A stretch of 58,725 nucleotides of DNA from Balneolaceae bacterium (GTDB lineage Bacteria; Bacteroidota; Rhodothermia; Balneolales; Balneolaceae), in contig PWLN01000208.1 in NCBI GenBank assembly GCA_003559375.1, positions 1-58,725 of the forward strand, read 5' to 3'. The notes beneath the pieces were generated by a model that worked only from the letters and a program-made list of their open reading frames with translations, did no database searches and had not been told where the DNA came from. How positions within the stretch are numbered: the stretch's first letter is position 1; each line of letters opens with the position of its first letter. Made by a program: the position numbers and the translations under genes. This document shows, piece by piece, positions 39,885 through 50,440 of this stretch.

Positions 39885-39903
39885 CAGAAATCATTTAGTA
39901 TTT

Positions 39904-40395
39904 TCAAATCAGATTTTTTGTTTTTTCCACCGATTCAGCAGCCATTTTATTACGATACTTCTCGAGAAGTTCCGCCAGGTTGTTATCATACACCGATAGT
40001 ATACGAACCGCCAGCAGGCCTGCATTTTTTGCCTTCCCGATTGCTACAGTTGCAACCGGAACACCATTAGGCATTTGCACAATAGAATATAAACTGTCTA
40101 CTCCTCCAAGTGCTGTAGTTAGAACAGGTACACCAATTACCGGGAGAGTAGTATAGGATGCAAGCATGCCAGGAAGATGCGCTGCACCACCCGCACCGGC
40201 AATGATTACCTTAATTCCTCTTTGCCTTGCTTCTTTACCGTAGGTAGCCATTAAATCGGGAGTTCGGTGAGCAGATACCACTTTTTTTTCGTACGAAATA
40301 CCGAATTCATCAAGGATCTTCACAGCTTCAATCATTGTTGGCCAATCGCTGTCGCTGCCCATAACAATACCCGCCACAGGTGATTTATCACTCAT
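39904..40395 (-). CDS. purE: N5-carboxyaminoimidazole ribonucleotide mutase
   Basis: [23 protein letters not shown] and VQMP.GVPVATV motifs. Confidence 0.98.
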   Translation of the reverse strand: MSDKSPVAGIVMGSDSDWPTMIEAVKILDEFGISYEKKVVSAHRTPDLMATYGKEARQRGIKVIIAGAGGAAHLPGMLASYTTLPVIGVPVLTTALGGVDSLYSIVQMPNGVPVATVAIGKAKNAGLLAVRILSVYDNNLAELLEKYRNKMAAESVEKTKNLI

Positions 40396-40656
40396 AAAAT
40401 TTCTCTGTAATTATTTGAAGGGTAATTTAGCTCATCTTTAAAAGATAAAAATTCTGTGATTTATTAACTGAAATAATCCTTATCATTGTGAAATAATTTA
40501 ACGTTAAATTTAATTCTGTTTTATTGGTTCCTCATGATAATTGAGTTTGAGCAAATCAGTTGGCTGGATCACAAACTGTACACATAGTGCTTTGCGTGGT
40601 GTGAAAGATCTAAATATTTTGAATCATAAAGAATTATCAAATTTATACAAATAGCA

Positions 40657-41718
40657 ATGGAATTAGGAATCTATACTTTTGTCGAAAACACTCCAGTTTC
40701 AGGGATTGATGAAAAACGTTCGTCTTGGGAAAGAGTTCAACATTTAATTCAGGAAGCGGAGCTTTCTGATAGCCTCGGCCTGGATGTGTTTGCAATAGGC
40801 GAACACCACCGTACAGAGTACATTGCTTCGTCTCCTTCAGTTTTGCTTGCCGCTATAGCGGCAAAGACAAATCGAATCAGATTATCCAGCGCAGTTACAG
40901 TTTTAGGCTCGGAAGACCCTGTTCGAGTGTTTCAGCAATTTTCGACTCTTGACCTAATCTCGAACGGCAGGGCTGAAATCATGACAGGGAGGGGTTCATT
41001 TGTTGAATCTTTTCCCTTGTTTGGTTTCGACCTAAGTGATTATGATGAACTATTCGCAGAAAAACTTGATCTTCTTTTAACTCTGAGAAAGAATGAAGTT
41101 GTAAGCTGGAGCGGAAAGCACCGTGCATCCATCAATGGAAGAGGGGTTTATCCCAGGCCGGTTCAGCAACCGCTGCCACTATGGATAGCTGTTGGGGGTA
41201 CACCGGAATCTGCTTACAGGGCAGGTGCTTTGGGTATTCCAATGGCATTGGCAATTATTGGCGGATATCCGGAACAGTTTAAACCATTTGCCGAACTACA
41301 CCGAAGAGGAGCAGAAGATCGCGGACTGTCTAAACCGGCATTAAGTATTAATTCCCATGGTTTTATTGCTGATACATCTCAAGAGGCAGTAGAGATCGCC
41401 TATCCTGCATTTAAAACCACAATGGATAAAATCGGCAGAGAAAGAGGTTGGACACCAATGAGCCGCAGCCAGTTTGATGCATCGATTACGTTGAGAGGGG
41501 CTAATGTGGTTGGCAGCCCTCAACAGGTTATTGACAAAATTCTGTTTCAGCATGAAATATTCGGGCACGACAGGTTTCTTCTTCAAATGAGTGTTGGAAG
41601 TGTTCCTCAGAAAAAGCTGCTCCGGTCCATTGAACTCTTTGCAACTAAAGTAGCTCCGGTAATCAGAAAAGAGCTATCGGATACCAGGAGCGATAATCAA
41701 ATTTCCACTGTTGTTTGA
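40657..41718 (+). CDS. LLM-class flavin-dependent oxidoreductase
   Basis: [30 protein letters not shown] and GGTPES motifs. Confidence 0.93.
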   Translation: MELGIYTFVENTPVSGIDEKRSSWERVQHLIQEAELSDSLGLDVFAIGEHHRTEYIASSPSVLLAAIAAKTNRIRLSSAVTVLGSEDPVRVFQQFSTLDLISNGRAEIMTGRGSFVESFPLFGFDLSDYDELFAEKLDLLLTLRKNEVVSWSGKHRASINGRGVYPRPVQQPLPLWIAVGGTPESAYRAGALGIPMALAIIGGYPEQFKPFAELHRRGAEDRGLSKPALSINSHGFIADTSQEAVEIAYPAFKTTMDKIGRERGWTPMSRSQFDASITLRGANVVGSPQQVIDKILFQHEIFGHDRFLLQMSVGSVPQKKLLRSIELFATKVAPVIRKELSDTRSDNQISTVV

Positions 41719-41914
41719 TTTTTTTTATGCAGATTGGATTCTTTGTATATACTGGAAGTAAAGTGGAACTAAATTGAATTAGCTTTCTGTCACCAGCATT
41801 TAAGTTAAAGAATATTTAATTTGTGTAATATTATTATAGCCTAAAGTTAAATTTTTTTATACGATTTATACAACTCTTCGTGACCTGTTCATCAATAATA
41901 AATCTTTATTCACA

Positions 41915-43018
41915 ATGTCAAAAAATATTACCCGGAAAAGTTTTATTAAAATAGCTGGAGCTGCAATTTCGGCTGTACCAATAGGGTTTCCGTCCATTAT
42001 CCTGCCAAAAAGAAAAGAGAAATTAGGTGTAGCTTTGGTTGGGTTGGGTAATTACAGTACAAACTGGCTTGCACCGGGTTTGCTCAAAACCCGGCATTGT
42101 GAACTAAAGGGAATTGTAACCGGTAGTCCTGAAAAGATTCCTGTATGGCAGGAAAGGTACGGCATTCCTGACGGCAATGTTTATAGTTATGAAACCATGT
42201 ATCAGGTAGCAAACAATGATGATATTGATATCATTTATGTTGTGACGCCTCCCGGCCTTCATGCACGGGATTCAATTCGCGGTGCTGAAGCCGGAAAACA
42301 TGTGTGGTGTGAAAAGCCAATGGCAGTTACAGTGGAAGAATGCGAATCAATTATTGCAGCAGCATCAAGGAACCGTGTTCAGTTAACTATTGGCTACAGG
42401 ATGCAGCATGAGCCCAATACTCAAACGATTATCAGGTATGGGCAGAAGCTACCGTTTGGGGCAATAAAAGAGGTACGTAGTGCAGCAGGTTATCGGGCAG
42501 GTGGTTTGCCGCCGGATGACTGGCGATTTTCTTTGGCTATGGGAGGAGGCGCATTATATGATATGGGGGTATATCCCATTAATGCGGCACGTTATGCTAC
42601 AAGTATGGAGCCCGTTTCTGTAAGGGGAATTCAGTCTGTTGAAAGGGAAGAAATGTTTCTTGAAGTAGATGAACATTCAGAGTTTGAGTTGGAGTTCAGG
42701 AATGGACTTATTGCAAAATGTGAAACCAGCATGGGGTTAAATATCAACCACATTGAAGTGGATTGTGAAAATGGCTGGTACTATTTGAGGCCTGCAAGTT
42801 CTTATTCAGGAGTGGGCGGAGAGGTTAGTGATGGTACCAGGCTCGATCCTGATCCAGACCATCAGCAAGCCCGTCAGATGGACAATGACGCACTAGCCAT
42901 CAAAGAAAACCGGGAGCCGTTAGTTCCCGGTGAGGAAGGCCTGCGGGATATTCAAATCATAAAAGCAATCATGGAATCGTCGGATAAAGGCGGAGAAACT
43001 ATAGAGATTGCTTGGTAA
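41915..43018 (+). CDS. Gfo/Idh/MocA (glucose-fructose oxidoreductase-like) oxidoreductase
   Basis: Tat-like TRKSFIK leader; VGLGNY, GKHVWCEKP and GGGALYDMGVY motifs. Confidence 0.92.
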   Translation: MSKNITRKSFIKIAGAAISAVPIGFPSIILPKRKEKLGVALVGLGNYSTNWLAPGLLKTRHCELKGIVTGSPEKIPVWQERYGIPDGNVYSYETMYQVANNDDIDIIYVVTPPGLHARDSIRGAEAGKHVWCEKPMAVTVEECESIIAAASRNRVQLTIGYRMQHEPNTQTIIRYGQKLPFGAIKEVRSAAGYRAGGLPPDDWRFSLAMGGGALYDMGVYPINAARYATSMEPVSVRGIQSVEREEMFLEVDEHSEFELEFRNGLIAKCETSMGLNINHIEVDCENGWYYLRPASSYSGVGGEVSDGTRLDPDPDHQQARQMDNDALAIKENREPLVPGEEGLRDIQIIKAIMESSDKGGETIEIAW

Positions 43019-43130
43019 CTACAGTCGTTATTGCCACGAAAGTACGGAAGTATACTCACGGAGAGCAAAATTCTATTCCATACATCTCTGCTAAAATGTC
43101 TATCTTTAGGCGAAATAAGCAGCAAAAGGT

Positions 43131-44210
43131 ATGGATTTAGAAGACAAATTAAGACAGATCAAAGAGCGATACGATGAGATCAATCAGGCCATGGCAGACC
43201 CTGCCATTTATGATCGGCCGCAGGAGTATGCCGAACTGACTAAAGAACATACTCAGCTCAGGGAACTGGTTGAAGATTATGCCCGGTGGAAATCCATAAC
43301 ACATCAAATTACGGGAAATGAAGATTTGGTTAAAATGGATGAAGATGAAGAGCTCACTGAAATGGCAAAGGCAGAAAACAAAGAACTGGAGCAGGAACTT
43401 GCCGGGCTTGTAGAAGAAATCAAGTTCAAACTGATTCCTAAAGATCCGGACGATTCTAAAAACTGTATTATTGAAATAAGGGCAGGAACAGGTGGAGATG
43501 AAGCCGCCTTATTTGCAGGTGATCTTTTTGATATGTACCGGCGTTTTGCTGACTCACAAAATTGGAAGATGAGTGTGCTTTCTGTGGCTGAAAGTGATAA
43601 AGGAGGATTTAAGGAAATGGTGTTTGAATTATCCGGGCAAGAGGTATACGGAAAAATGAAATACGAAAGCGGTGTTCACCGGGTGCAAAGGGTTCCTGAA
43701 ACTGAATCACAGGGAAGGGTGCATACATCAGCTGCAACAGTAGCAGTTTTACCGGAAGTGAATGAGGATGTTCAAATACAGATCGATATGAAAGATATTC
43801 GTGTAGATACATTTCGATCAAGCGGCGCCGGTGGGCAACATGTAAATAAAACCGATTCGGCGATTCGTTTAACACATGAACCAACCGGCCTTGTGGTAGA
43901 ATGTCAGCAGGAGCGCAGTCAGCATCAAAATAAAGAGAAAGCGATGGTTATGCTCAAAACCAAATTATATGATATCGAAATGGAAAAAATCAGATCGGAA
44001 AGGGCTGCCGACAGAAAAAGCCAGGTTTCAACTGGCGACAGGAGCGCTAAAATTCGTACCTATAATTTTCCTCAGGGAAGGCTCACTGATCACCGGATTA
44101 ACCTGACTCTATATAATCTGGACGATATTTTGAAAGGAAATATTGGTGAAGTCATTAAAGCTCTGCGCATTGAAGACAACCTGGAGAAACTCAATGCAAT
44201 AATGAATTAA
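43131..44210 (+). CDS. prfA: Peptide chain release factor 1
   Basis: EIRAGTGGDEA, HRVQRVPETE (PxT), GAGGQ and IRTYNFPQ motifs. Confidence 0.98.
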   Translation: MDLEDKLRQIKERYDEINQAMADPAIYDRPQEYAELTKEHTQLRELVEDYARWKSITHQITGNEDLVKMDEDEELTEMAKAENKELEQELAGLVEEIKFKLIPKDPDDSKNCIIEIRAGTGGDEAALFAGDLFDMYRRFADSQNWKMSVLSVAESDKGGFKEMVFELSGQEVYGKMKYESGVHRVQRVPETESQGRVHTSAATVAVLPEVNEDVQIQIDMKDIRVDTFRSSGAGGQHVNKTDSAIRLTHEPTGLVVECQQERSQHQNKEKAMVMLKTKLYDIEMEKIRSERAADRKSQVSTGDRSAKIRTYNFPQGRLTDHRINLTLYNLDDILKGNIGEVIKALRIEDNLEKLNAIMN

Positions 44211-44245
44211 TCTCTTATTAATATAAATATTAAAATCAATCAGCT

Positions 44246-44860
44246 TTGAATTTTCCAAATCCATTTTACCGATGGCGTCCTCATCCATGGCATGGTCTTG
44301 AAGTTGGAGATAATCCACCTTCTATTGTAAATGCATTTATTGAGGTTACGTCTTTTGATGCAATAAAATATGAGGTCGATAAACTTACAGGTTATATGCG
44401 TGTAGACCGGCCTCAGAGGAGTTCGTCTTTGCCACCCTCTTTGTATGGTTTTATACCAAGAACATATTGCGGAGACCGTATTGGAAGTCTTTCCAAGCAC
44501 ACAAAAAAAGGTGATGGTGACCCGCTTGATATTTGCGTTCTGAGTGAACGGCCAATTGACCGTTCAGAGGTTATTCTAAGTGCCAGAGTAATAGGTGGCC
44601 TGCACATGATTGATCAGGGTGAGGCTGATGACAAGATAATATCCGTGTTAGATAATGATCGCTATTACAAAGAAATCAATGACCTTTCCGAGCTCCCCGA
44701 TGTTCTGATAGAAAGATTAAGGCACTATTTTGGCACTTATAAACTTATTCCGGGCAAGAATGATATCGATGTATTTGTAGACCGTGTATTTGGCAGAGGA
44801 GAGGCTGAACAAGTTGTAAATGCAGCTGTAGAAGATTACAAAGATATGTTTGGTGAATAA
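44246..44860 (+). CDS. ppa: Inorganic pyrophosphatase (family I)
   Basis: HPWHG, KYEVDK, YGFIPRT, DGDPLD and D.GEADDK motifs; TTG start. Confidence 0.95.
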   Translation: MNFPNPFYRWRPHPWHGLEVGDNPPSIVNAFIEVTSFDAIKYEVDKLTGYMRVDRPQRSSSLPPSLYGFIPRTYCGDRIGSLSKHTKKGDGDPLDICVLSERPIDRSEVILSARVIGGLHMIDQGEADDKIISVLDNDRYYKEINDLSELPDVLIERLRHYFGTYKLIPGKNDIDVFVDRVFGRGEAEQVVNAAVEDYKDMFGE

Positions 44861-44972
44861 CCCTGCAAAAAAGGCATTCTGAGTCAGGATCCTCAAACTG
44901 TTTGAATAGAAGCACAAAGTTAAAAATTTTGTTATCTTACCGAGCTTAAATTTTGTGCATTAATATAACCTT

Positions 44973-45362
44973 ATGCCAACCTGGATTTTACATACAGAAT
45001 TTAAATTTGATGCTGCGCATTACATTGATGGATATGACGGCAAGTGTGGCAGGATGCATGGCCATACATATAGAGTGCATATATCTGCCAAGTCTCATAC
45101 GCTAAATCCATCAAAATACCTGCAATCTCCCGATATGGTGTGTGACTTTAAAGAATTAAAATGGGCAGCTGCTGATGGTAAAAAAGGCGGGCTCGACCAT
45201 ACCATTCTGAATGAATCGATACCTGTACCTACAACTGCAGAAAGAATTGCTGAATTTATTCATAAAGAGACCAAATCCAGAATCCCCCACGAAATAGATT
45301 TGAAAGTAACTGTTTGGGAAACTGAAACAAGCTGGGTTGAATACACAGACAAAGATGTTTAA
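44973..45362 (+). CDS. queD: 6-carboxy-5,6,7,8-tetrahydropterin synthase
   Basis: FDAAH, C.RMHGHTY, LDH, TAE and VWET motifs. Confidence 0.93.
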   Translation: MPTWILHTEFKFDAAHYIDGYDGKCGRMHGHTYRVHISAKSHTLNPSKYLQSPDMVCDFKELKWAAADGKKGGLDHTILNESIPVPTTAERIAEFIHKETKSRIPHEIDLKVTVWETETSWVEYTDKDV

Positions 45363-46005
45363 AACCAAAGAGTTAAACATATCAAAAGCTTCTCCGGAAA
45401 TATATTCCAGTGTGAAATACCCTCTGATGGAGGCATTTTACACGATTCAGGGTGAAGGTACACACTCCGGGAAGCCAGCCTATTTTATACGCCTTGCCGG
45501 TTGTGATGTCAAATGCTGGTGGTGCGATGTAAAAGAGAGCTGGGATGAAACCAAACATCCAAAGATTACGGCCGGTGAGATTGTGGGTAATGCAAAATCT
45601 TCGAATGCGTCCTTTGTTGTCATCACTGGCGGAGAACCTTTACTTCATAATCTTGAACCCTTGACTTTAAGCCTGAAGCAGGCTGGCTTGATGGTTCATC
45701 TGGAAACAAGCGGTTCATCACCATTAACTGGTCAATTAGACTGGATTACTTTATCACCTAAAAGATTTAAAAAACCACTTGATGAGATTTTTCCGTATGT
45801 AGATGAATTAAAAGTAGTTGTTTTAAAGAAAAAAGATTTGGAATGGGCTGAAGAGAATGCACAAAAGTGCCCTTCCGATACTAACTTACTGTTACAGCCT
45901 GAATGGGATACCCCCACAAGTATTCCATTAATTGTAGAATATGTGAAGATGAATCCGAAATGGAGAATAAGTCTTCAAACTCACAAATTCATGAATGTCC
46001 CATAG
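45355..46005 (+). CDS. queE: 7-carboxy-7-deazaguanine synthase (radical SAM)
   Basis: FYTIQGEG, CDVKCWWCD (CxxxCxxC), TGGEP, ETSG and SLQTHK motifs. Confidence 0.96.
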   Translation: MFKTKELNISKASPEIYSSVKYPLMEAFYTIQGEGTHSGKPAYFIRLAGCDVKCWWCDVKESWDETKHPKITAGEIVGNAKSSNASFVVITGGEPLLHNLEPLTLSLKQAGLMVHLETSGSSPLTGQLDWITLSPKRFKKPLDEIFPYVDELKVVVLKKKDLEWAEENAQKCPSDTNLLLQPEWDTPTSIPLIVEYVKMNPKWRISLQTHKFMNVP

Positions 46006-46047
46006 AGTTTATTCGTTTGATTTCCAAACATTTTAAATCGTTTGGCT

Positions 46048-46767
46048 ATGGATTACAGTAAATCATCCGTAATAATTACAGGTGCAAGCCAGGGAATAGG
46101 CAGGTGCATTGCATTAACCTTTGCAGAGCATACCTCAAGGCCACTGGTTCTAATCGCACGAAACAGAGAGAAACTTGATATCACCAGACAGAAGTGTATT
46201 GACTCTGGAGCTGAAAAGGTTGAAATTTTTCAGTGTGATTTATCACTAAGTGGCGAAGCTGAAAAAATTGTCTTACCTGTTGAATTCCCTGAGCCCGCAA
46301 TACTGATAAATAATGCAGGTTCATACCTCTATAAACCACTTGAGAAAACAACAGATGAGGAATTTCATCATCAGGTTGATGTAAACCTGTTTTCTGCTGT
46401 TAATACTGTTAATCGTTTTTTACCTGGTTTTCAAAATAAAGACAGGGCACTGATCATCAATATTTGCTCGGTAGGCGCCTTAAAAGGGCTGGGTGACAGT
46501 GGCGCTTATGCAGCATCTAAACATGCACTGCTTGGCTATACCCGGTCTTTAAGGGAAGAATTAAAGAATTCAAGTGTTGGTGTTACCGCTATTAACCTGG
46601 GGCAAACTCATTCAACATCATGGGAAGGGTCGTCTGTAAGTGAAGAAAGGCTGATTGATCCAGTCGATTTAGCCATGTTACTGATTTCATTTACAAAATT
46701 ATCGGCAAGGACACTTGTTGAGGAGATCATAATACAGCCCCAGAATGGAAGGGTTCCTTCCATGTAA
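46048..46767 (+). CDS. SDR family oxidoreductase
   Basis: TGASQGIG, INNAG and YAASK motifs. Confidence 0.93.
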   Translation: MDYSKSSVIITGASQGIGRCIALTFAEHTSRPLVLIARNREKLDITRQKCIDSGAEKVEIFQCDLSLSGEAEKIVLPVEFPEPAILINNAGSYLYKPLEKTTDEEFHHQVDVNLFSAVNTVNRFLPGFQNKDRALIINICSVGALKGLGDSGAYAASKHALLGYTRSLREELKNSSVGVTAINLGQTHSTSWEGSSVSEERLIDPVDLAMLLISFTKLSARTLVEEIIIQPQNGRVPSM

Positions 46768-46964
46768 GAGAATTACTTTCTATATCAAGTAATATCCGAT
46801 AAGTATTAATAAAAATTAATAAAAGAAACGTATTTATTGGTGCCTTATGGATTAGTATTCAATTCTTCTTTAGAAGACATGCAATATCAATTATATGCAT
46901 TTATTAATAAATATTAATTATTTTAAATAATATTTAATAAATGATTATGGAATTTTATATTTTC

Positions 46965-47090
46965 AAGGGAACAAATATCCACAAAGGTTGTAAATGATAC
47001 TGTAATATCGTCACCGATATTACTTGTTGTACCCCGAAAAGCCAACGTAGTTAGGAAAACCCGGTTGATAGCCGGGTTTTCTGATTTTTT
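46965..47090 (+). ncRNA. Candidate small RNA (unassigned)
   Basis: AT-rich promoter-like region upstream, perfect 9-bp hairpin at 47002-47023, terminator at 47055-47090, no credible ORF. Confidence 0.35.
47055..47090 (+). terminator. Intrinsic terminator
   Basis: gaaaacccgg / ccgggttttc stem followed by tgatttttt. Confidence 0.8.
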
Positions 47091-47221
47091 GTTATGGTAT
47101 TGTATTTAGAAAAGAGAGTTGTCGTTAATCTGATCAGTATTTCCCATACCAACGATATTGTTTTTTTCTGATGAATTGGCTTAGTTTGCTAAGAAACCAT
47201 GAATAATCAGATCGTCAAACT

Positions 47222-48234
47222 ATGCCACTGCGACTAATTGAAATTGTTGTTCCCGGGAAAGCGAGTAATGAATTTAAAAAACTATTAACTGATGATTCTG
47301 TAGAACATTACTGGAATGACAGATCAGATAGCAGCGGGTTTCTTCTTAAAGCATTAGTTGACGCGAATAAAACAGAATCATTTCTTGATAAAGCAGAAAA
47401 AATTTTTAAAGAAGATAAAGGTTTCCGGATAGTTATATCCTCAGTTGAGGCAACTTTACCAAGAATTGAGTTGGAAGAAGAGGGTGAAACTGGTAAACCA
47501 GTTGAGAAGAATGAACCCTGGAAAGAACCGCTTAGTGGTATTCGAGTAAGTCGAGAAGAACTATACAATGATATATTGGATAGCGTTCAGCTGAACCGTG
47601 TATACATTGCCATGGTTACTCTTTCAACAATTGTAGCAGCATTGGGAGTATTGAGGGATAATACAGCAGTAGTGATTGGTGCAATGGTTATTGCCCCATT
47701 GCTTGGCCCAAATGTTGGCCTGGCACTTTCAACCACACTGGGTGATTTCAAGCTTTTTGGAAAATCAATAAAAACTAACCTTGCAGGTCTTGCGGTAGCA
47801 TTATTGCTCTCAATAGGATTGGGTATTATGTTAGAAGTTGATGAATCGTTATACCAGATTACCAGCAGGACGGAGGTCCATTTATCAGACATTACACTTG
47901 CCCTGGCATCAGGTGCAGCAGGAGTACTAGCATATACCATCGGTATGTCGGCCGCGGTTATTGGAGTAATGGTTGCTGTTGCTTTGCTGCCGCCACTTGT
48001 AACAGCTGGGCTGCTTTTAGGAGATTTTCAGTTAGAGTTGCCTATTATGCCTTTCTTCTGCTTGTAACAAATGTAATTTGTGTTAATCTTGCCGCAGTAA
48101 CAACATTTATACTGCAGGGCATCAGGCCCAGAACCTGGTATAAGGCTGAAAAAGCTAAGAAAATTAACAGACTTGCATTTGTAATCTGGATGTTTTTGGT
48201 GCTGGTTCTGGGTATAGTGATATGGTTATCATAA
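47222..48234 (+). pseudogene. TIGR00341/DUF389 family membrane protein, frameshifted near 48020-48040
   Basis: VIGAMVIAPLLGP and GVMVAVALLPPL motifs. The frame stops at 48067, but the -1 frame carries the expected C-terminus (AFLLLVTNVICVNLAA...GIRPRTWYKAEKAKK...) to TAA 48234. Confidence 0.8.
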
Positions 48235-48237
48235 TAG

Positions 48238-49182
48238 TTATTCTGCTGTGTTCATTTCTGCTGATCTGGCATTCTCAATGAATTTCGGATATTTACTCCT
48301 GCGAACTGCACTTCCGGAAAATATCTGGTTATAGAATTCTTCTGTAATTTCCGACCATTTGAAGTGACCGTAGTTCAGAATCTGCTCTCTTGGTTTAAGG
48401 TCATTAAGTTTTCCATATTCTGCTTTTCTGTTCCATGGACAAACATCCTGACAAATGTCACAACCAAATATCCACTCACCAATTTTGGCTTGATCTTCTT
48501 TTGGTATGCTGTTTTTTAATTCAATTGTGAGATAGGATATACATCTGTTACTATCAATACGGTATGGTTCATGGATCGCATCAGTCGGACAGGCATCAAT
48601 ACATTCAGTGCAGGTGCCGCAATGATCTGTTACCGGCTCATCGTAAACAAAAGGAACGTCAACAATCATTTCACCTATTAAAAACCATGAGCCATGTGTC
48701 CTGTTTAACAGGTTGCTGTTTTTCCCGATCCATCCATTTCCAGCCCGCTGTGCCCATACTTTATCCATTACAGGTGCCGAATCTACAAAAACACGGCCAT
48801 TTATATCGCCAAGTAACAATTTTGTGTAATCAAAAAGGTTTTTCAGCTTTTTCCTGAATACCTTATGGTAATCACGTCCACGAGCATATTTTGCAATTTT
48901 TGGCCCATGATACTCAGCATCGTATTTTTCATTCGCTTGATATCGATAGCTTGCTATCACACTAATAACACTTTTTGAGCCGGGAACTAATTTGGAAGGG
49001 TCAATTCGTTTATCAAAATTATTTTCCATCCAACTCATGTCGGCATGAAGATTTTCTTTGAGCCACTGTTCAAGGCGATAGGCTTCTTCATCAAGGCTGC
49101 ATACACGTGCAAATCCGCATCGATCAAAACCCAATTCCAATGCCTTTTCCCTAACTTTTTGAGTAGTAGTTATAATATCCAT
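48238..49182 (-). CDS. queG: Epoxyqueuosine reductase
   Basis: YARGRDYH, VDSAPVMDK, GWIGKN, CGTCTECIDACP and GCDICQDVCPWN motifs. Confidence 0.96.
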   Translation of the reverse strand: MDIITTTQKVREKALELGFDRCGFARVCSLDEEAYRLEQWLKENLHADMSWMENNFDKRIDPSKLVPGSKSVISVIASYRYQANEKYDAEYHGPKIAKYARGRDYHKVFRKKLKNLFDYTKLLLGDINGRVFVDSAPVMDKVWAQRAGNGWIGKNSNLLNRTHGSWFLIGEMIVDVPFVYDEPVTDHCGTCTECIDACPTDAIHEPYRIDSNRCISYLTIELKNSIPKEDQAKIGEWIFGCDICQDVCPWNRKAEYGKLNDLKPREQILNYGHFKWSEITEEFYNQIFSGSAVRRSKYPKFIENARSAEMNTAE

Positions 49183-49250
49183 AATGAGATATTTATTAAT
49201 TGCATTATTATAAATGCTCAAAAACTCAGGATAGAAATCCCAAATAGATA

Positions 49251-50429
49251 TCAGAGTTTTTCTATGACCATAGCAGATGCACCTCCACCACCGTTACAGA
49301 TACCGGCACATCCGTATTTTCCATCCATGTTTTGAAGTGCGTTCAATAGTGTGACGATTATCCGGGCACCGGAGCAACCGATTGGATGGCCAATACTGAC
49401 TGCTCCCCCGAAGATATTTACTTTTGAGGAGTCAAGCTCAAGAAGCCTGTTATTAATAAGGGAAACAACTGAAAAGGCTTCGTTAATTTCGAAATAATCT
49501 GTTTGTTTTATTGAGATGGCAGCCCGATTTAATGCAATCGGAATAGCATCTGCCGGGGCAGTTGTAAACCATTCGGGAGATTTGGCTGCACTCGCGTGGC
49601 TTAAAATTCTTGCAAGCGGTTTTAAACCAAGCTTGTTAGCTTTTTCCTCGCTCATTAATAGTAAAGCTGCCGCTCCGTCATTAATACTGCTTGCATTCGC
49701 CGCTGTAATGGATCCTTCCTTGTCAAAAACCGGCCTTAGATGAGGAATTTTTTCAAAATTCACTTTTTCAAGTTCCTCATCCATACAAATCATTGAAACC
49801 TCACCTTTTCGGTCTTTTACTTTAAGCGGAACGATTTCATCCTTAAAAAAGCCTTTTTCGTGAGCAGCTATTGCTCTTTTATACGATTCGACAGCGTATT
49901 CATCTTGCTCAGTTCTGCTTATGTTGCACTCTTTTGCACACAATTCACCGGCGCTGCCCATATGGAAGTTATTATAAACATCCCACAATCCGTCTTTTAT
50001 AATTCCATCAACTGCTTCAGCATTTCCTAATTTTGATCCGAAACGATGTTTCTCAAGATAGTATGGTACATTACTCATGCTTTCCATACCGCCTGCAACC
50101 ATTATATCATTTTGGCCAAGCGCAATCTGATCAGCAGCAATCATAATGGCCTTCATACCTGAAGCACAAACTTTGTTGATGGTTGTGGCAGGTGTGTTCT
50201 CCGAGAGTCCGGCCTTTAAGGCCGCCTGTCGCGCTGGTGCTTGCCCAATTCCTGCACTAAGTACATTTCCCATTACAACTTCTTCAACATCATTTGGTTT
50301 GATGCCGCCATTTTTAATTACTTCGTAAATCACTGCAGCCCCAAGTTCTGGAGCACTGAATGACGAGAGGCTGCCACCAAAAGAACCAATTGGAGTTCGC
50401 TTTGCGGAAATAATGACTACTTGTCTCAT
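49251..50429 (-). CDS. atoB: Acetyl-CoA C-acyltransferase (thiolase)
   Basis: NKVCASG, NEAF, GHPIGCSG and CNGGGG motifs. Confidence 0.93.
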   Translation of the reverse strand: MRQVVIISAKRTPIGSFGGSLSSFSAPELGAAVIYEVIKNGGIKPNDVEEVVMGNVLSAGIGQAPARQAALKAGLSENTPATTINKVCASGMKAIMIAADQIALGQNDIMVAGGMESMSNVPYYLEKHRFGSKLGNAEAVDGIIKDGLWDVYNNFHMGSAGELCAKECNISRTEQDEYAVESYKRAIAAHEKGFFKDEIVPLKVKDRKGEVSMICMDEELEKVNFEKIPHLRPVFDKEGSITAANASSINDGAAALLLMSEEKANKLGLKPLARILSHASAAKSPEWFTTAPADAIPIALNRAAISIKQTDYFEINEAFSVVSLINNRLLELDSSKVNIFGGAVSIGHPIGCSGARIIVTLLNALQNMDGKYGCAGICNGGGGASAMVIEKL

Positions 50430-50440
50430 TTCGAAATTAT

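Noticed and set aside
40396-40656. Purine/ZTP riboswitch or sRNA between purE and the LLM gene
   Set aside because: No recognisable aptamer, strong stem or terminator; it looks like a divergent promoter region.
43030-43066. Weak repeat ccacgaaag / tacggaag / cacggagag
   Set aside because: Too short and degenerate to distinguish from chance.
44861-44972. preQ1 riboswitch upstream of queD
   Set aside because: No preQ1-I stem-loop with an A-rich tail or other recognisable aptamer.
44973-46005. queD/queE as part of a dpd DNA-modification (7-deazaguanine) defence island
   Set aside because: No dpdA/tgt-like gene, helicase or nuclease nearby; queG is present, consistent with ordinary tRNA queuosine synthesis.
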